Below are positions 22,888 through 33,109 of a stretch of 64,000 bases of DNA, piece after piece (the first letter of the stretch is position 1; the number at the start of each line of letters is the position of its first letter). Where the stretch lies: the NCBI RefSeq assembly GCF_047634355.1, contig NZ_JBLIAL010000003.1. The stretch is one strand, 5' to 3'. The position numbers were made by a program, and so were the translations under genes. This DNA comes from Porticoccus sp. Its GTDB lineage: Bacteria > Pseudomonadota > Gammaproteobacteria > Pseudomonadales > Porticoccaceae. The notes under the pieces were generated by a model. It ran no database searches and was not told where the DNA came from. It was given only the letters and a program-made list of their open reading frames with translations.

Positions 22888-23358
22888 GTGAATATTAACC
22901 TGACCCTATTCGGGCAGCTGGTTTCTTTCCTGTTCTTTGTGTGGTTCTGCAAAAAATTTGTATGGACCGCCATTATCAATGCAATGGAAGAACGGCAGAA
23001 GAAAATAGCCGATGGCTTGGATGCTGCTGATCGCGCTTCGCGCGATCTGGAGTTGGCCCAGGAAAAAGCCACCGAGCGGCTCAAGGAAGCCAAGCAAGAA
23101 GCGGCATCCATACTTGAGCAAGCAAACAAGCGAGCTAACCAGATAGTTGGTGAAGCCAAAGAAGAAGCCCGAGCCGAAGGTGATCGTCTCAAAGCAGCAG
23201 CTCAGGCGGAAATCGAACAAGACGTTAACCGGGCGAAAGAAGAACTTCGCAAAAGAGTTGCCGTGCTTGCTTTGGCCGGTGCTGAAAAAATCTTGCAGGC
23301 CAATATCGACGAAAGTGCAAACCGCACACTGGTCGATAAACTTGCAGCAGAGCTTTAA
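22888..23358 (+). CDS. atpF: ATP synthase F0 subunit b
   Basis: [11 protein letters not shown]-terminal TM helix plus coiled coil. Confidence 0.98.
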   Translation: MNINLTLFGQLVSFLFFVWFCKKFVWTAIINAMEERQKKIADGLDAADRASRDLELAQEKATERLKEAKQEAASILEQANKRANQIVGEAKEEARAEGDRLKAAAQAEIEQDVNRAKEELRKRVAVLALAGAEKILQANIDESANRTLVDKLAAEL

Positions 23359-23370
23359 CCGAGGTTTAAC

Positions 23371-23907
23371 ATGGCTGAATTAAGCACGTTGGCTCGGCCC
23401 TACGCAAAAGCAGCTTTTGAACATGCTGCGGAGGCGGGAGATCTGCAAAACTGGTCTGATGGTCTTGCTGTAGCTGCTGCTGTTGCACAGCATGATGTAG
23501 TAGAGAAGCTGCTGAGTTCGCCGACTTACACGGCAACACAGCAGGCAGAAAAAGTAATAACCGTTTGTGGTGATGCCATTTCCGGCAAGATACTGAATTT
23601 TATTCGGGTTTTGGCAGACAATCATCGTCTCAAACTGTTACCACAGATATATCAGCAATTTGAGATTCTCAAGGCGAACCGCGAAAAAACCGTTGAGGTG
23701 AATGTCGTGTCAGCCAGGGAGATCAGTGCTGAGCAACAAGAAAAGCTGGCCAGTGCGCTCAGTGCGAAACTGGAACGCACCGTTAATATGCAGGTGTCCA
23801 TCGACAGCACACTGATAGGTGGTGCTGTAGTACGAGCTGGTGACACCGTCATAGACGGATCCATACGCGGGCGGTTGTCAAAACTTGCCGAAGCATTACA
23901 TTCATAG
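23371..23907 (+). CDS. atpH: ATP synthase F1 subunit delta
   Basis: TLARPYAKAAF, LIGG..RAGDTVIDGSIRG. Confidence 0.98.
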   Translation: MAELSTLARPYAKAAFEHAAEAGDLQNWSDGLAVAAAVAQHDVVEKLLSSPTYTATQQAEKVITVCGDAISGKILNFIRVLADNHRLKLLPQIYQQFEILKANREKTVEVNVVSAREISAEQQEKLASALSAKLERTVNMQVSIDSTLIGGAVVRAGDTVIDGSIRGRLSKLAEALHS

Positions 23908-23925
23908 GATTGAGGACCAGAGCAC

Positions 23926-25470
23926 ATGCAGCAACTGAATCCATCCGAAATCAGTGAGATCATCAAAGAGCGTATTGATAGCCTTGATGTTTCCTCTGAG
24001 GCGCAAAACGAAGGCACGATCGTTTCGGTATCTGACGGTATTATTCGCATACACGGCCTTGCCGATGTGATGTACGGTGAGATGATTGAATTCGAAGGTG
24101 GTATCTACGGTATGGCTCTCAACCTGGAGAGAGACTCCGTTGGTGCCGTTATTCTGGGTGACTATCAAAGTCTGGCCGAAGGTCAGAAAGCCCGTTGCAC
24201 AGGTCGCATTCTCGAGGTCCCGGTTGGACCAGAGCTGGAAGGTCGCGTGCTTGACGCTCTGGGTAGCCCCATTGACGGCAAAGGTCCTCTCAACGCCAAG
24301 ATGACAGATGCGCTTGAAAAAGTGGCGCCGGGTGTTATTGACCGCCAATCAGTTGATCAACCCGTACAAATCGGTCTCAAGGCAATCGACGCCATGGTAC
24401 CGATCGGCCGTGGTCAGCGGGAATTGATTATTGGCGACCGCCAAATCGGTAAAACAGCGATTGCAGTAGATGCCATCATCAATCAGAAAGATTCTGGTAT
24501 TAAGTGTATTTACGTGGCGATTGGTCAAAAGGCCTCATCCGTCGCGGCCGTTGTCCGTAAGCTCGAAGAGCACGGCGCCATGGCGCACACCATTGTGGTT
24601 GCAGCAACAGCATCTGATCCTGCTGCCATGCAATATCTGGCGCCCTTCGCCGGCTGTACTATGGGTGAGTATTACCGCGATCGCGGCCAGGACGCCTTGA
24701 TTATTTATGACGATCTGACCAAGCAGGCCTGGGCCTATCGTCAGATTTCTTTGTTGTTGCGTCGTCCTCCGGGCCGGGAAGCCTACCCGGGCGATGTTTT
24801 CTACTTGCACTCCCGTTTGTTGGAGCGTGCAGCACGCGTTAACGCGACGTATGTTGAAAAATTTACCGATGGTGAAGTAAAGGGAAAAACCGGCTCACTG
24901 ACTGCTTTGCCGGTGATTGAAACCCAGGCAGGTGACGTATCGGCCTTCGTTCCCACAAACGTGATTTCGATCACTGACGGACAGATATTCCTTGAGGCTG
25001 ACATGTTCAATGCCGGTATCCGGCCGGCGATGAACGCTGGTATCTCGGTATCACGGGTTGGTGGTTCAGCGCAGACCAAGGTTATCAAGAAACTGTCGGG
25101 TGGTATCCGTACTGCACTTGCTCAGTACCGGGAACTCGCTGCTTTTTCCCAGTTTGCCTCTGATTTGGATGAGGCTACCAAGTCTCAGCTTGATCACGGT
25201 GAGCGTGTTACTGAGCTGATGAAACAGGGTCAATATTCGCCACAAAGTGTGGCAGAAATGGCCGTGATGATTTATGCCGCTGACCGGGGTTATCTGAAAG
25301 AAGTCGAAGTCAACAAAATTGGTGATTTTGAGCAGGCGCTGCTTTCTTATATGAAAGCGGAACACGGCGACTTGCTTGATCAGATCAATCAGACTGGTGA
25401 CTGGAACGACGACCTTGATGCCAGTTACAAGGCTGCGCTGGATAAGTTCATCAGCACTCAAACCTGGTAA
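23926..25470 (+). CDS. atpA: ATP synthase F1 subunit alpha
   Basis: [31 protein letters not shown]. Confidence 0.99.
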   Translation: MQQLNPSEISEIIKERIDSLDVSSEAQNEGTIVSVSDGIIRIHGLADVMYGEMIEFEGGIYGMALNLERDSVGAVILGDYQSLAEGQKARCTGRILEVPVGPELEGRVLDALGSPIDGKGPLNAKMTDALEKVAPGVIDRQSVDQPVQIGLKAIDAMVPIGRGQRELIIGDRQIGKTAIAVDAIINQKDSGIKCIYVAIGQKASSVAAVVRKLEEHGAMAHTIVVAATASDPAAMQYLAPFAGCTMGEYYRDRGQDALIIYDDLTKQAWAYRQISLLLRRPPGREAYPGDVFYLHSRLLERAARVNATYVEKFTDGEVKGKTGSLTALPVIETQAGDVSAFVPTNVISITDGQIFLEADMFNAGIRPAMNAGISVSRVGGSAQTKVIKKLSGGIRTALAQYRELAAFSQFASDLDEATKSQLDHGERVTELMKQGQYSPQSVAEMAVMIYAADRGYLKEVEVNKIGDFEQALLSYMKAEHGDLLDQINQTGDWNDDLDASYKAALDKFISTQTW

Positions 25471-25520
25471 TTTCTGATTTGGGCTGACATTGTCGGCCCA
25501 AAATGGTGAAAGGCTAAATT

Positions 25521-26381
25521 ATGGCAGTCGGAAAAGAAGTCAAAACCAAAATCAATAGTATCCGCAGCACACAGAAAATTACCAGTGCTATGGAGATGGT
25601 TGCTGCGAGTAAAATGCGGCGGGCCCAGGAACGCCGCGAAATAAGCAAGCCCTACGCTGACAGAATTCGTTCTGTCGTTGGTCATCTCGCGAATGCGAAT
25701 GTTGAGTACAAACATCGCTACATGGAAGAGCGTGAAGTAAAACGGGTCGGCTTTATTATTGTTTCGACCGATCGGGGTCTGTGTGGTGGTCTGAATACGA
25801 ACCTGTTCAAAGAAGTTATCAAGTCAATGAAGTCCTGGTCAAATGAAGGTGTCGAGATTGATCTCTGCGCTTTGGGTAACAAGGCCGCAGCTTTCTTTGG
25901 CAGTTACGGTGGCAATGTTGTTGCTACGGTTAAAGATTTGGGTGACCAGCCCTCTGCCAGTGATCTTATCGGGGGCGTAAAGGTGATGCTGGATGGCTAC
26001 GATAAGGGAGCCATTGATCGCCTTTATCTGGTATCGAATGATTTCGTTAATACCATGACCCAAAAACCCGTTGTAGAGCAGCTGTTACCCCTACTGCCAA
26101 TCGAAGACGATAAGATGAAGCATCACTGGGATTATATCTATGAGCCCGATGCCAAAGATCTGCTCGATGGACTTCTGGTTCGCTATATCGAATCTCAGGT
26201 TTATCAGGGTGTGGTAGAGAACAAGGCCTGCGAACAGGCCGCGAGAATGATCGCCATGAAGAGCGCCACCGATAATGCGGGTGATTTGATCAACGAGTTG
26301 CAGTTGCTTTACAACAAAGCACGTCAGGCGGCAATTACCCAGGAGCTGTCCGAGATCGTTAGTGGTGCAGCAGCCGTTTAA
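25521..26381 (+). CDS. atpG: ATP synthase F1 subunit gamma
   Basis: [29 protein letters not shown]. Confidence 0.99.
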   Translation: MAVGKEVKTKINSIRSTQKITSAMEMVAASKMRRAQERREISKPYADRIRSVVGHLANANVEYKHRYMEEREVKRVGFIIVSTDRGLCGGLNTNLFKEVIKSMKSWSNEGVEIDLCALGNKAAAFFGSYGGNVVATVKDLGDQPSASDLIGGVKVMLDGYDKGAIDRLYLVSNDFVNTMTQKPVVEQLLPLLPIEDDKMKHHWDYIYEPDAKDLLDGLLVRYIESQVYQGVVENKACEQAARMIAMKSATDNAGDLINELQLLYNKARQAAITQELSEIVSGAAAV

Positions 26382-26407
26382 AACAAGATTTTACAGCCTT
26401 AGTTTAA

Positions 26408-27820
<1,413 letters not shown>

Positions 27821-27843
27821 ACGATCAATATAGGCACTAAGAT

Positions 27844-28275
27844 ATGGCTATGACTGTGCACTGTGACATCGTAAGTGCCGAGCAGTACCTGTTCTCCGGA
27901 TTGATAGAGCTTTTGGTCGCCAGTGGTTCACAGGGAGAACTGGGTATTACCTTTGGTCACGCGCCGCTGTTAACAGACCTAAAACCTGGCCCTGTTCGGA
28001 TTGTTAAGCAGAACGGTGAAGAAGAGATTTATTACCTGTCTGGTGGCTATCTGGAAGTTCAGCCCAACAAGGTATCTATTCTGGCTGATACTGCACTGCG
28101 AGCTGATGATCTCGATGAAGCCGCAGCACTGGAAGCCAAGAAACATGCTGAACAGGATATGACCAATCAGAGCGGAGAATTTGATTATTCACGCGCTGCA
28201 TCCCAGCTGGCTGCCGCTGCTGCTCAACTCCGCACCATTGAACAATTGCGTAAAAAAATGGGTGGAAAAAAATAA
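27844..28275 (+). CDS. atpC: ATP synthase F1 subunit epsilon
   Basis: [29 protein letters not shown]. Confidence 0.98.
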   Translation: MAMTVHCDIVSAEQYLFSGLIELLVASGSQGELGITFGHAPLLTDLKPGPVRIVKQNGEEEIYYLSGGYLEVQPNKVSILADTALRADDLDEAAALEAKKHAEQDMTNQSGEFDYSRAASQLAAAAAQLRTIEQLRKKMGGKK

Positions 28276-28297
28276 CGCTTTTCTGAAATTTATAATG

Positions 28298-28324
28298 AAG
28301 GGTGGCTTTTGCCACCCTTTTTTT
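28298..28324 (+). terminator. Intrinsic terminator of the atp operon
   Basis: AAGGGTGGC-TTTT-GCCACCCTT followed by a T run. Confidence 0.9.
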
Positions 28325-28426
28325 ATGCGTGATTTTTATCCGTGACAAGGGTCGATACAGATCCTTCCAAGGTGGTAATCCATAACTGATACTGATTAAA
28401 TACTTTGATTTACCGAGGAGATATCT

Positions 28427-29806
28427 ATGGCAACGGACGTCGTCGTACTGGCCGCGGGCAAAGGTACCAGAATGAAATCCAGTCTGCCAAAAGTTCTGCA
28501 TTGTTTGGCCGGGCGCCCCTTGCTGCAACATGTTGTCGATGCCGCGAACAGTCTGCAAACACCTAAAGTTATCATCGTTACTGGTCACGAGTCTGACAGG
28601 GTCAGATCGGAAATAAAGGGCACAGATTTGTGCTACGTTGAACAGCAACTGCAACTGGGTACGGCACATGCTGTGCAGCAGGCTCTCCCGCTTGTTCGCT
28701 GTGATGCCACCGTATTGATACTTTATGGCGATGTTCCGTTAATTCAACCGGACACGATACAGGCGATGGTAGATCTGGCAGTTGACGGTTCATTAGTGCT
28801 GTTAACGGCGGTACTGGATGACCCGTCCGGTTACGGGCGCATTATCAGAAACAGTGCGAAGGACGTGACGGCGATTGTTGAACAAAAAGATGCGACCCCG
28901 GAACAGCTCGGCATTCGTGAGGTGAATACAGGCGTATTGGCGTTACCTGCGGCAAAGCTAAAAAACTGGTTACCGGCAATCGATAACAACAATGCCCAGC
29001 AGGAATACTATCTAACAGACATCATTGCGCTTGCACACGAACATAATTGCAAGATCAAAACCTCGCAACCCCTGTTCCCGGAAGAGATAGAGGGCGTGAA
29101 TAATCGTAGTCAGTTGAGCCGACTGGAGCGTTACTATCAGCGGCAGCATTCAGAACGACTGATGATGGCAGGTATCACCATCGCCGACCCGGACAGACTG
29201 GATGTGAGGGGAAAACTGACTGCCGGCACAGACAACTTCATCGATATTAATGTGCTTTTCGAGGGTGAGGTTGAGTTGGGTAATAACATCCATATTGGCC
29301 CGAACTGTGTAATTATCGACAGTTGTATTGGCGACGGGGTCGAAATAAAAGCAAACAGTATTGTGGAAGGCAGCATGATTGGCCCGGGATGTGTCGTGGG
29401 ACCGTTCGCGAGATTGAGGGCGGGTACCGAGATGGCTGAAAATGCCAAAATAGGCAATTTTGTTGAAACCAAAAAGTCTATCCTTGGAAAAGGCACAAAA
29501 ATCAATCATCTTAGCTATGTGGGTGATGCTTCCCTGGGTGCTAATGTCAATGTTGGAGCCGGCACGATCACCTGCAACTACGATGGTGTGAACAAACATC
29601 AGACGGTGATTGGTGACAATGCGTTTATTGGCTCAAACACCTCACTGGTGGCACCGGTTAATATTGGCAAGGATGCGACAGTGGGCGCTGGCTCCACCAT
29701 TACATGTAATGTGGCCGATGATGAGCTGGGTTTGACCAGAGCGGAGCAACGCAACATTCAGGGCTGGAAGCGGCCGACAAAAAAGATACATCCCTCCAGT
29801 AATTAA
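28427..29806 (+). CDS. glmU: Bifunctional UDP-GlcNAc pyrophosphorylase / glucosamine-1-P acetyltransferase
   Basis: LAAGKGTRMKS, GTAHAV, hexapeptide repeats, GAGTITCNYDG. Confidence 0.99.
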   Translation: MATDVVVLAAGKGTRMKSSLPKVLHCLAGRPLLQHVVDAANSLQTPKVIIVTGHESDRVRSEIKGTDLCYVEQQLQLGTAHAVQQALPLVRCDATVLILYGDVPLIQPDTIQAMVDLAVDGSLVLLTAVLDDPSGYGRIIRNSAKDVTAIVEQKDATPEQLGIREVNTGVLALPAAKLKNWLPAIDNNNAQQEYYLTDIIALAHEHNCKIKTSQPLFPEEIEGVNNRSQLSRLERYYQRQHSERLMMAGITIADPDRLDVRGKLTAGTDNFIDINVLFEGEVELGNNIHIGPNCVIIDSCIGDGVEIKANSIVEGSMIGPGCVVGPFARLRAGTEMAENAKIGNFVETKKSILGKGTKINHLSYVGDASLGANVNVGAGTITCNYDGVNKHQTVIGDNAFIGSNTSLVAPVNIGKDATVGAGSTITCNVADDELGLTRAEQRNIQGWKRPTKKIHPSSN

Positions 29807-29817
29807 CGGAAAATTTT

Positions 29818-31647
29818 ATGTGTGGAATAGTTGGGGCACAAGCACAGCGGAATGTGATCGGCATCCTGATCGAGGGGCTCAAAAGACTGGAGTATCGCGG
29901 TTATGATTCTGCCGGTCTGGCTGTGGTTGATCAAAACGGTGAGCTGCAGTTACGCAAAAAACAGGGCAAGGTGGCGCAGTTGGTCGATCGGTTGGTTGAG
30001 CAGCCAACCCGTGGCAACCTCGGAATTGCTCATACCCGCTGGGCAACTCATGGTATTCCCAATGAAACCAATGCCCACCCACATACGTCCGGCGGTGTGG
30101 CTGTTGTGCACAATGGCATTATTGAAAACCATGCCGAGCTGAAGAAAGAGCTGTTGAATCTGGGTTATCAGTTTGCGTCCGAAACTGATACCGAGGTGAT
30201 TGCCCATCTGGTGAATCACTTGCTGAAAAGTGCCGGTTCACTCCGTGAGGCAGTGCAAGATTGCCTGACGCGATTGCGCGGTGCCTATGCGCTGGCAGTG
30301 ATCAGTACCAGTGAACCCGGAATATTAATTGGTGCCCGAAGCGGTAGTCCACTGGTTATAGGTGTCGGTATCGAAGAAACATTCCTGGCTTCTGACCAAA
30401 TGGCACTGCGCCAGGTAACGGATCGATTTGTGTTTCTCAAAGAGGGTGATCTGGTCGAGTTAAAAGAAGGCGACTATAGCGTTTTTGACAAAACTGGCAG
30501 CCTGGTAGAACGCGATATAGACACACTTCCAGGTGGTGACGATGTTGCTGACAAAGGTGGTTACCGCCATTACATGATGAAGGAGATATTTGAGCAGCCT
30601 GAAGTGCTTGAATCCACTCTGGAGGGACGTATCAGCCAAACCCAGGTTTTAACGGAAGCATTTGGCAGTCGCGCCGTTGAAATATTTCCCAAGATAAAAG
30701 CCGTGCATATAGTGGCCTGTGGCACCAGTTATCATGCCGGGCTTGTGGCCCGCTTCTGGTTGGAAGAATGGGCCGGTATTCCCTGTCAGGTCGAGGTGGC
30801 CAGTGAGTACCGCTACCGCAAGGTTGTTGTTCCCGCCGATACCTTGTTTGTCACGATTTCTCAATCCGGAGAAACGGCCGATACCCTTGCCGCCTTGGCC
30901 TCAGCAAAAACATCCGGCTATCTCGCCACACTGGTCATCTGTAATGTTGCCAACAGCTCGCTGGTTAGGGAGTCGGATATGGCCTTGATGACCTATGCCG
31001 GACCGGAAATCGGTGTTGCATCGACAAAAGCATTCACGACCCAGTTAGTGGCTTTGCAACTACTTTGTATCGGCATTGGCAAGAGCCATGGCCTGCCCGA
31101 AGAAACAGAGCGATTGCTGGTGGAAGCCCTTCGTCAGTTGCCACGGCTCTGTCGGGACACACTTTCACTGAATGGTCAGATTGAAGAAATCTTTGAGAGT
31201 TTTGCTGATAAGCAACACGCCCTTTATCTTGGCCGGGGTGTGCAGTATCCGGTTGCGCTAGAAGGTGCCCTTAAGCTCAAAGAGATTTCTTATATTCATG
31301 CTGAAGCCTACCCCTCGGGTGAACTCAAACACGGACCACTGGCACTGGTAGACAAGGATATGCCGGTGGTGGCGGTAGCGCCCAACAACGATTTACTCGA
31401 AAAATTGAAATCAAATCTACATGAAGTAAAAGCCCGTGGGGGGCAACTATTTGTCTTTGCCGACCTGAATGCCGGATTTGAAAATGAGACGGATGTGACG
31501 GTAATTAATCTTCCCCATGTTCCGAAGAGTCTGGAAGCCGTCATTTATACGATACCACTGCAATTACTCTCTTATCATGTGGCTGTGCTGAAGGGAACTG
31601 ACGTCGATCAGCCGCGCAACCTGGCAAAGTCTGTCACTGTTGAGTAA
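29818..31647 (+). CDS. glmS: Glutamine-fructose-6-phosphate aminotransferase
   Basis: MCGIVG, EYRGYDSAG, HTRWATHG, PRNLAKSVTVE. Confidence 0.99.
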   Translation: MCGIVGAQAQRNVIGILIEGLKRLEYRGYDSAGLAVVDQNGELQLRKKQGKVAQLVDRLVEQPTRGNLGIAHTRWATHGIPNETNAHPHTSGGVAVVHNGIIENHAELKKELLNLGYQFASETDTEVIAHLVNHLLKSAGSLREAVQDCLTRLRGAYALAVISTSEPGILIGARSGSPLVIGVGIEETFLASDQMALRQVTDRFVFLKEGDLVELKEGDYSVFDKTGSLVERDIDTLPGGDDVADKGGYRHYMMKEIFEQPEVLESTLEGRISQTQVLTEAFGSRAVEIFPKIKAVHIVACGTSYHAGLVARFWLEEWAGIPCQVEVASEYRYRKVVVPADTLFVTISQSGETADTLAALASAKTSGYLATLVICNVANSSLVRESDMALMTYAGPEIGVASTKAFTTQLVALQLLCIGIGKSHGLPEETERLLVEALRQLPRLCRDTLSLNGQIEEIFESFADKQHALYLGRGVQYPVALEGALKLKEISYIHAEAYPSGELKHGPLALVDKDMPVVAVAPNNDLLEKLKSNLHEVKARGGQLFVFADLNAGFENETDVTVINLPHVPKSLEAVIYTIPLQLLSYHVAVLKGTDVDQPRNLAKSVTVE

Positions 31648-31681
31648 CGATTAAAACTGCCTGTCCCCCCAGGCAGTTTTT
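31612..31681 (+). other. attTn7 site, apparently unoccupied
   Basis: The glmS 3' end encoding PRNLAKSVTVE is the TnsD recognition region; the downstream terminator is intact and no tns genes follow. Confidence 0.6.
31653..31681 (+). terminator. Intrinsic terminator after glmS (possibly bidirectional)
   Basis: AAAACTGCCTG-tccccc-CAGGCAGTTTTT. Confidence 0.88.
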
Positions 31682-31871
31682 GAAGAACCCCCCTACTCCC
31701 GAGCCCTTCCTGCTAGCCCAGGGTTTATATCAAATCACCCACCTCCCACTAATTGCACATGGCCCCTGTGTGCAAGGTTTAGCCTGTCAGAACCAGTCAG
31801 GCCCCTCATTCCATGAGTCATGAACCCCGGAAATAGGCGTAGTTAACAACTAGGCACGATAAAATTAGTAA

Positions 31872-31907
31872 TTGATCATCATAATATGATGATAGTATGA
31901 TAATGAA
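31872..31907. promoter_or_regulatory. Orphan promoter/operator core in the glmS-hexR gap
   Basis: TTGATC (31872)-18 bp-TATGAT (31896) on plus; perfect 8-3-8 palindrome ATCATCAT-AAT-ATGATGAT at 31875-31893; GATAAT-like hexamer array. Confidence 0.5.
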
Positions 31908-32094
31908 AAATGAGTTGTATCCAATTCAAAGTTAAATAAGACACAAAGGCGCCGCTCGAACAAGCAAACTGCTGATGGCGAAAATATTTTTATGATGTGG
32001 GCAGGAAAATAGTCGAACAACCCAGACTGTCTACCGAAATCTGTTTTATCTCGTAGCTCGAACCTTTACCCCATTTTCAAATGGGGTTTTTTTT
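31908..32094 (+). ncRNA. Candidate small RNA (~185 nt), family unknown
   Basis: Promoter-like element upstream; plus-strand-specific terminator downstream; no convincing ORF with RBS; three TCGAAC repeats. Confidence 0.35.
32068..32094 (+). terminator. Plus-strand intrinsic terminator with no protein gene to terminate
   Basis: ACCCCATTT-tc-AAATGGGGT then T8; no U-tract in the minus (hexR) direction. Confidence 0.8.
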
Positions 32095-32119
32095 GGCTGT
32101 TTTTTGGTGAAATGCAGAG

Positions 32120-32980
32120 TTAATGATTTTCCAGTGGTTCCCGCAGCACTTCCAGACCGAGCTGCATTTCCAGCAGATGCTCTTGCAGACGACCGCCTTT
32201 ATGCTGGGCTACGCCAATTGCCAGTACATCAATCAGTACCAGATGGGCAATACGGGATGACAGCGGCGTATAGATTTGGAAGTCTTCCTTGACGTCGATG
32301 GTTAACGGGATATTTGCGGCATTGGCGACCGGAGAATCTGAGGGTGCAATTGCGATAACAATGGCACCTCTGCTCTTTACGCGCTCCATGGCATTGATCA
32401 ATGTCGTGGTCCTTCCCGACTGGGAAATGGCGATGACCACATCCCCGGGTGCCATGGAGGCGGCGGACATATTCTGTAAGTGCGGATCGGCATAGGCTGC
32501 AGCAGAGACCTGCAGACGGAAAAACTTGTGCTGGGCGTCGGTTGCCACGGCAGCGGACGCGCCAAACCCGTAGAATTCCACCCGGTTGGCTACACAGAGC
32601 GCCTGAACAGCCTGGTCAAGCATGTTCAGGTCCAATGAATCACGAACCTTCAGCAGGGTGTCGACAGTGGAATCGAAGACCTTGAAGGTGTATTCGGCCA
32701 CAGAGTCCTGGTCAGTGACGGCAATCTGCCCGTAGCTCGGGCTGGATGCCAGTTGTTGTGCCAGGGCCAGTTTGAAATCCTGAAAACCATCACAGCCCAC
32801 GGCGCGACAGAAGCGCACTACGGTGGGCTCGCTGACCTCGGCTTTCTCTGCCAGATCCACGATTCTCATGCGAATGACATCGGTCAGATTGGCCAGAATA
32901 AACTCTGCTACCTTGCGTTCCGATTTGCGTAAGCTGGGCAGGCTACTGCTGATAGCCCAGGTGAGTGCAGCAGGTTTCAT
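32120..32980 (-). CDS. RpiR-family transcriptional regulator (HexR/RccR-like)
   Basis: N-terminal HTH (LRKSERKVA..VSEPTVVRFCR..GFQDFKL) plus SIS domain (GFGAS, ISQSGRT). Confidence 0.92.
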   Translation of the reverse strand: MKPAALTWAISSSLPSLRKSERKVAEFILANLTDVIRMRIVDLAEKAEVSEPTVVRFCRAVGCDGFQDFKLALAQQLASSPSYGQIAVTDQDSVAEYTFKVFDSTVDTLLKVRDSLDLNMLDQAVQALCVANRVEFYGFGASAAVATDAQHKFFRLQVSAAAYADPHLQNMSAASMAPGDVVIAISQSGRTTTLINAMERVKSRGAIVIAIAPSDSPVANAANIPLTIDVKEDFQIYTPLSSRIAHLVLIDVLAIGVAQHKGGRLQEHLLEMQLGLEVLREPLENH

Positions 32981-33008
32981 GGTGATTTCTCCCTAACACG
33001 AGCTTTAT

Positions 33009-33023
33009 TGTAAATAATTTACA
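33009..33023. promoter_or_regulatory. HexR-type palindromic operator upstream of the RpiR gene
   Basis: Perfect 7-1-7 palindrome TGTAAAT-A-ATTTACA resembling TGTA-N7-TACA HexR boxes; half-site TTGTAGT near 33039. Confidence 0.55.
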
Positions 33024-33109
33024 GAAAAATGGAATTCTTGTAGTAAAAACCGGTTGCCGGGCGCACGGATCATCCACCCCGAGCGGGGGTTCTGATAGAA
33101 TTCACCGCC

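Noticed and set aside
28076-28669. 197-aa minus-strand ORF spanning atpC, the terminator and glmU
   Set aside because: Antisense to two conserved genes and crosses a terminator; no recognisable domain.
31903-31935. 10-codon ORF MKNELYPIQS and a 28-codon minus-strand ORF in the glmS-hexR gap
   Set aside because: No Shine-Dalgarno sequence; the first starts at or before the predicted TSS; no toxin-like hydrophobic character.
31945-31985. Passing resemblance (AAACTGC-TGATGGCG) to fluoride or c-di-GMP riboswitch fragments
   Set aside because: The 5' conserved elements are missing and no co-directional gene lies downstream.
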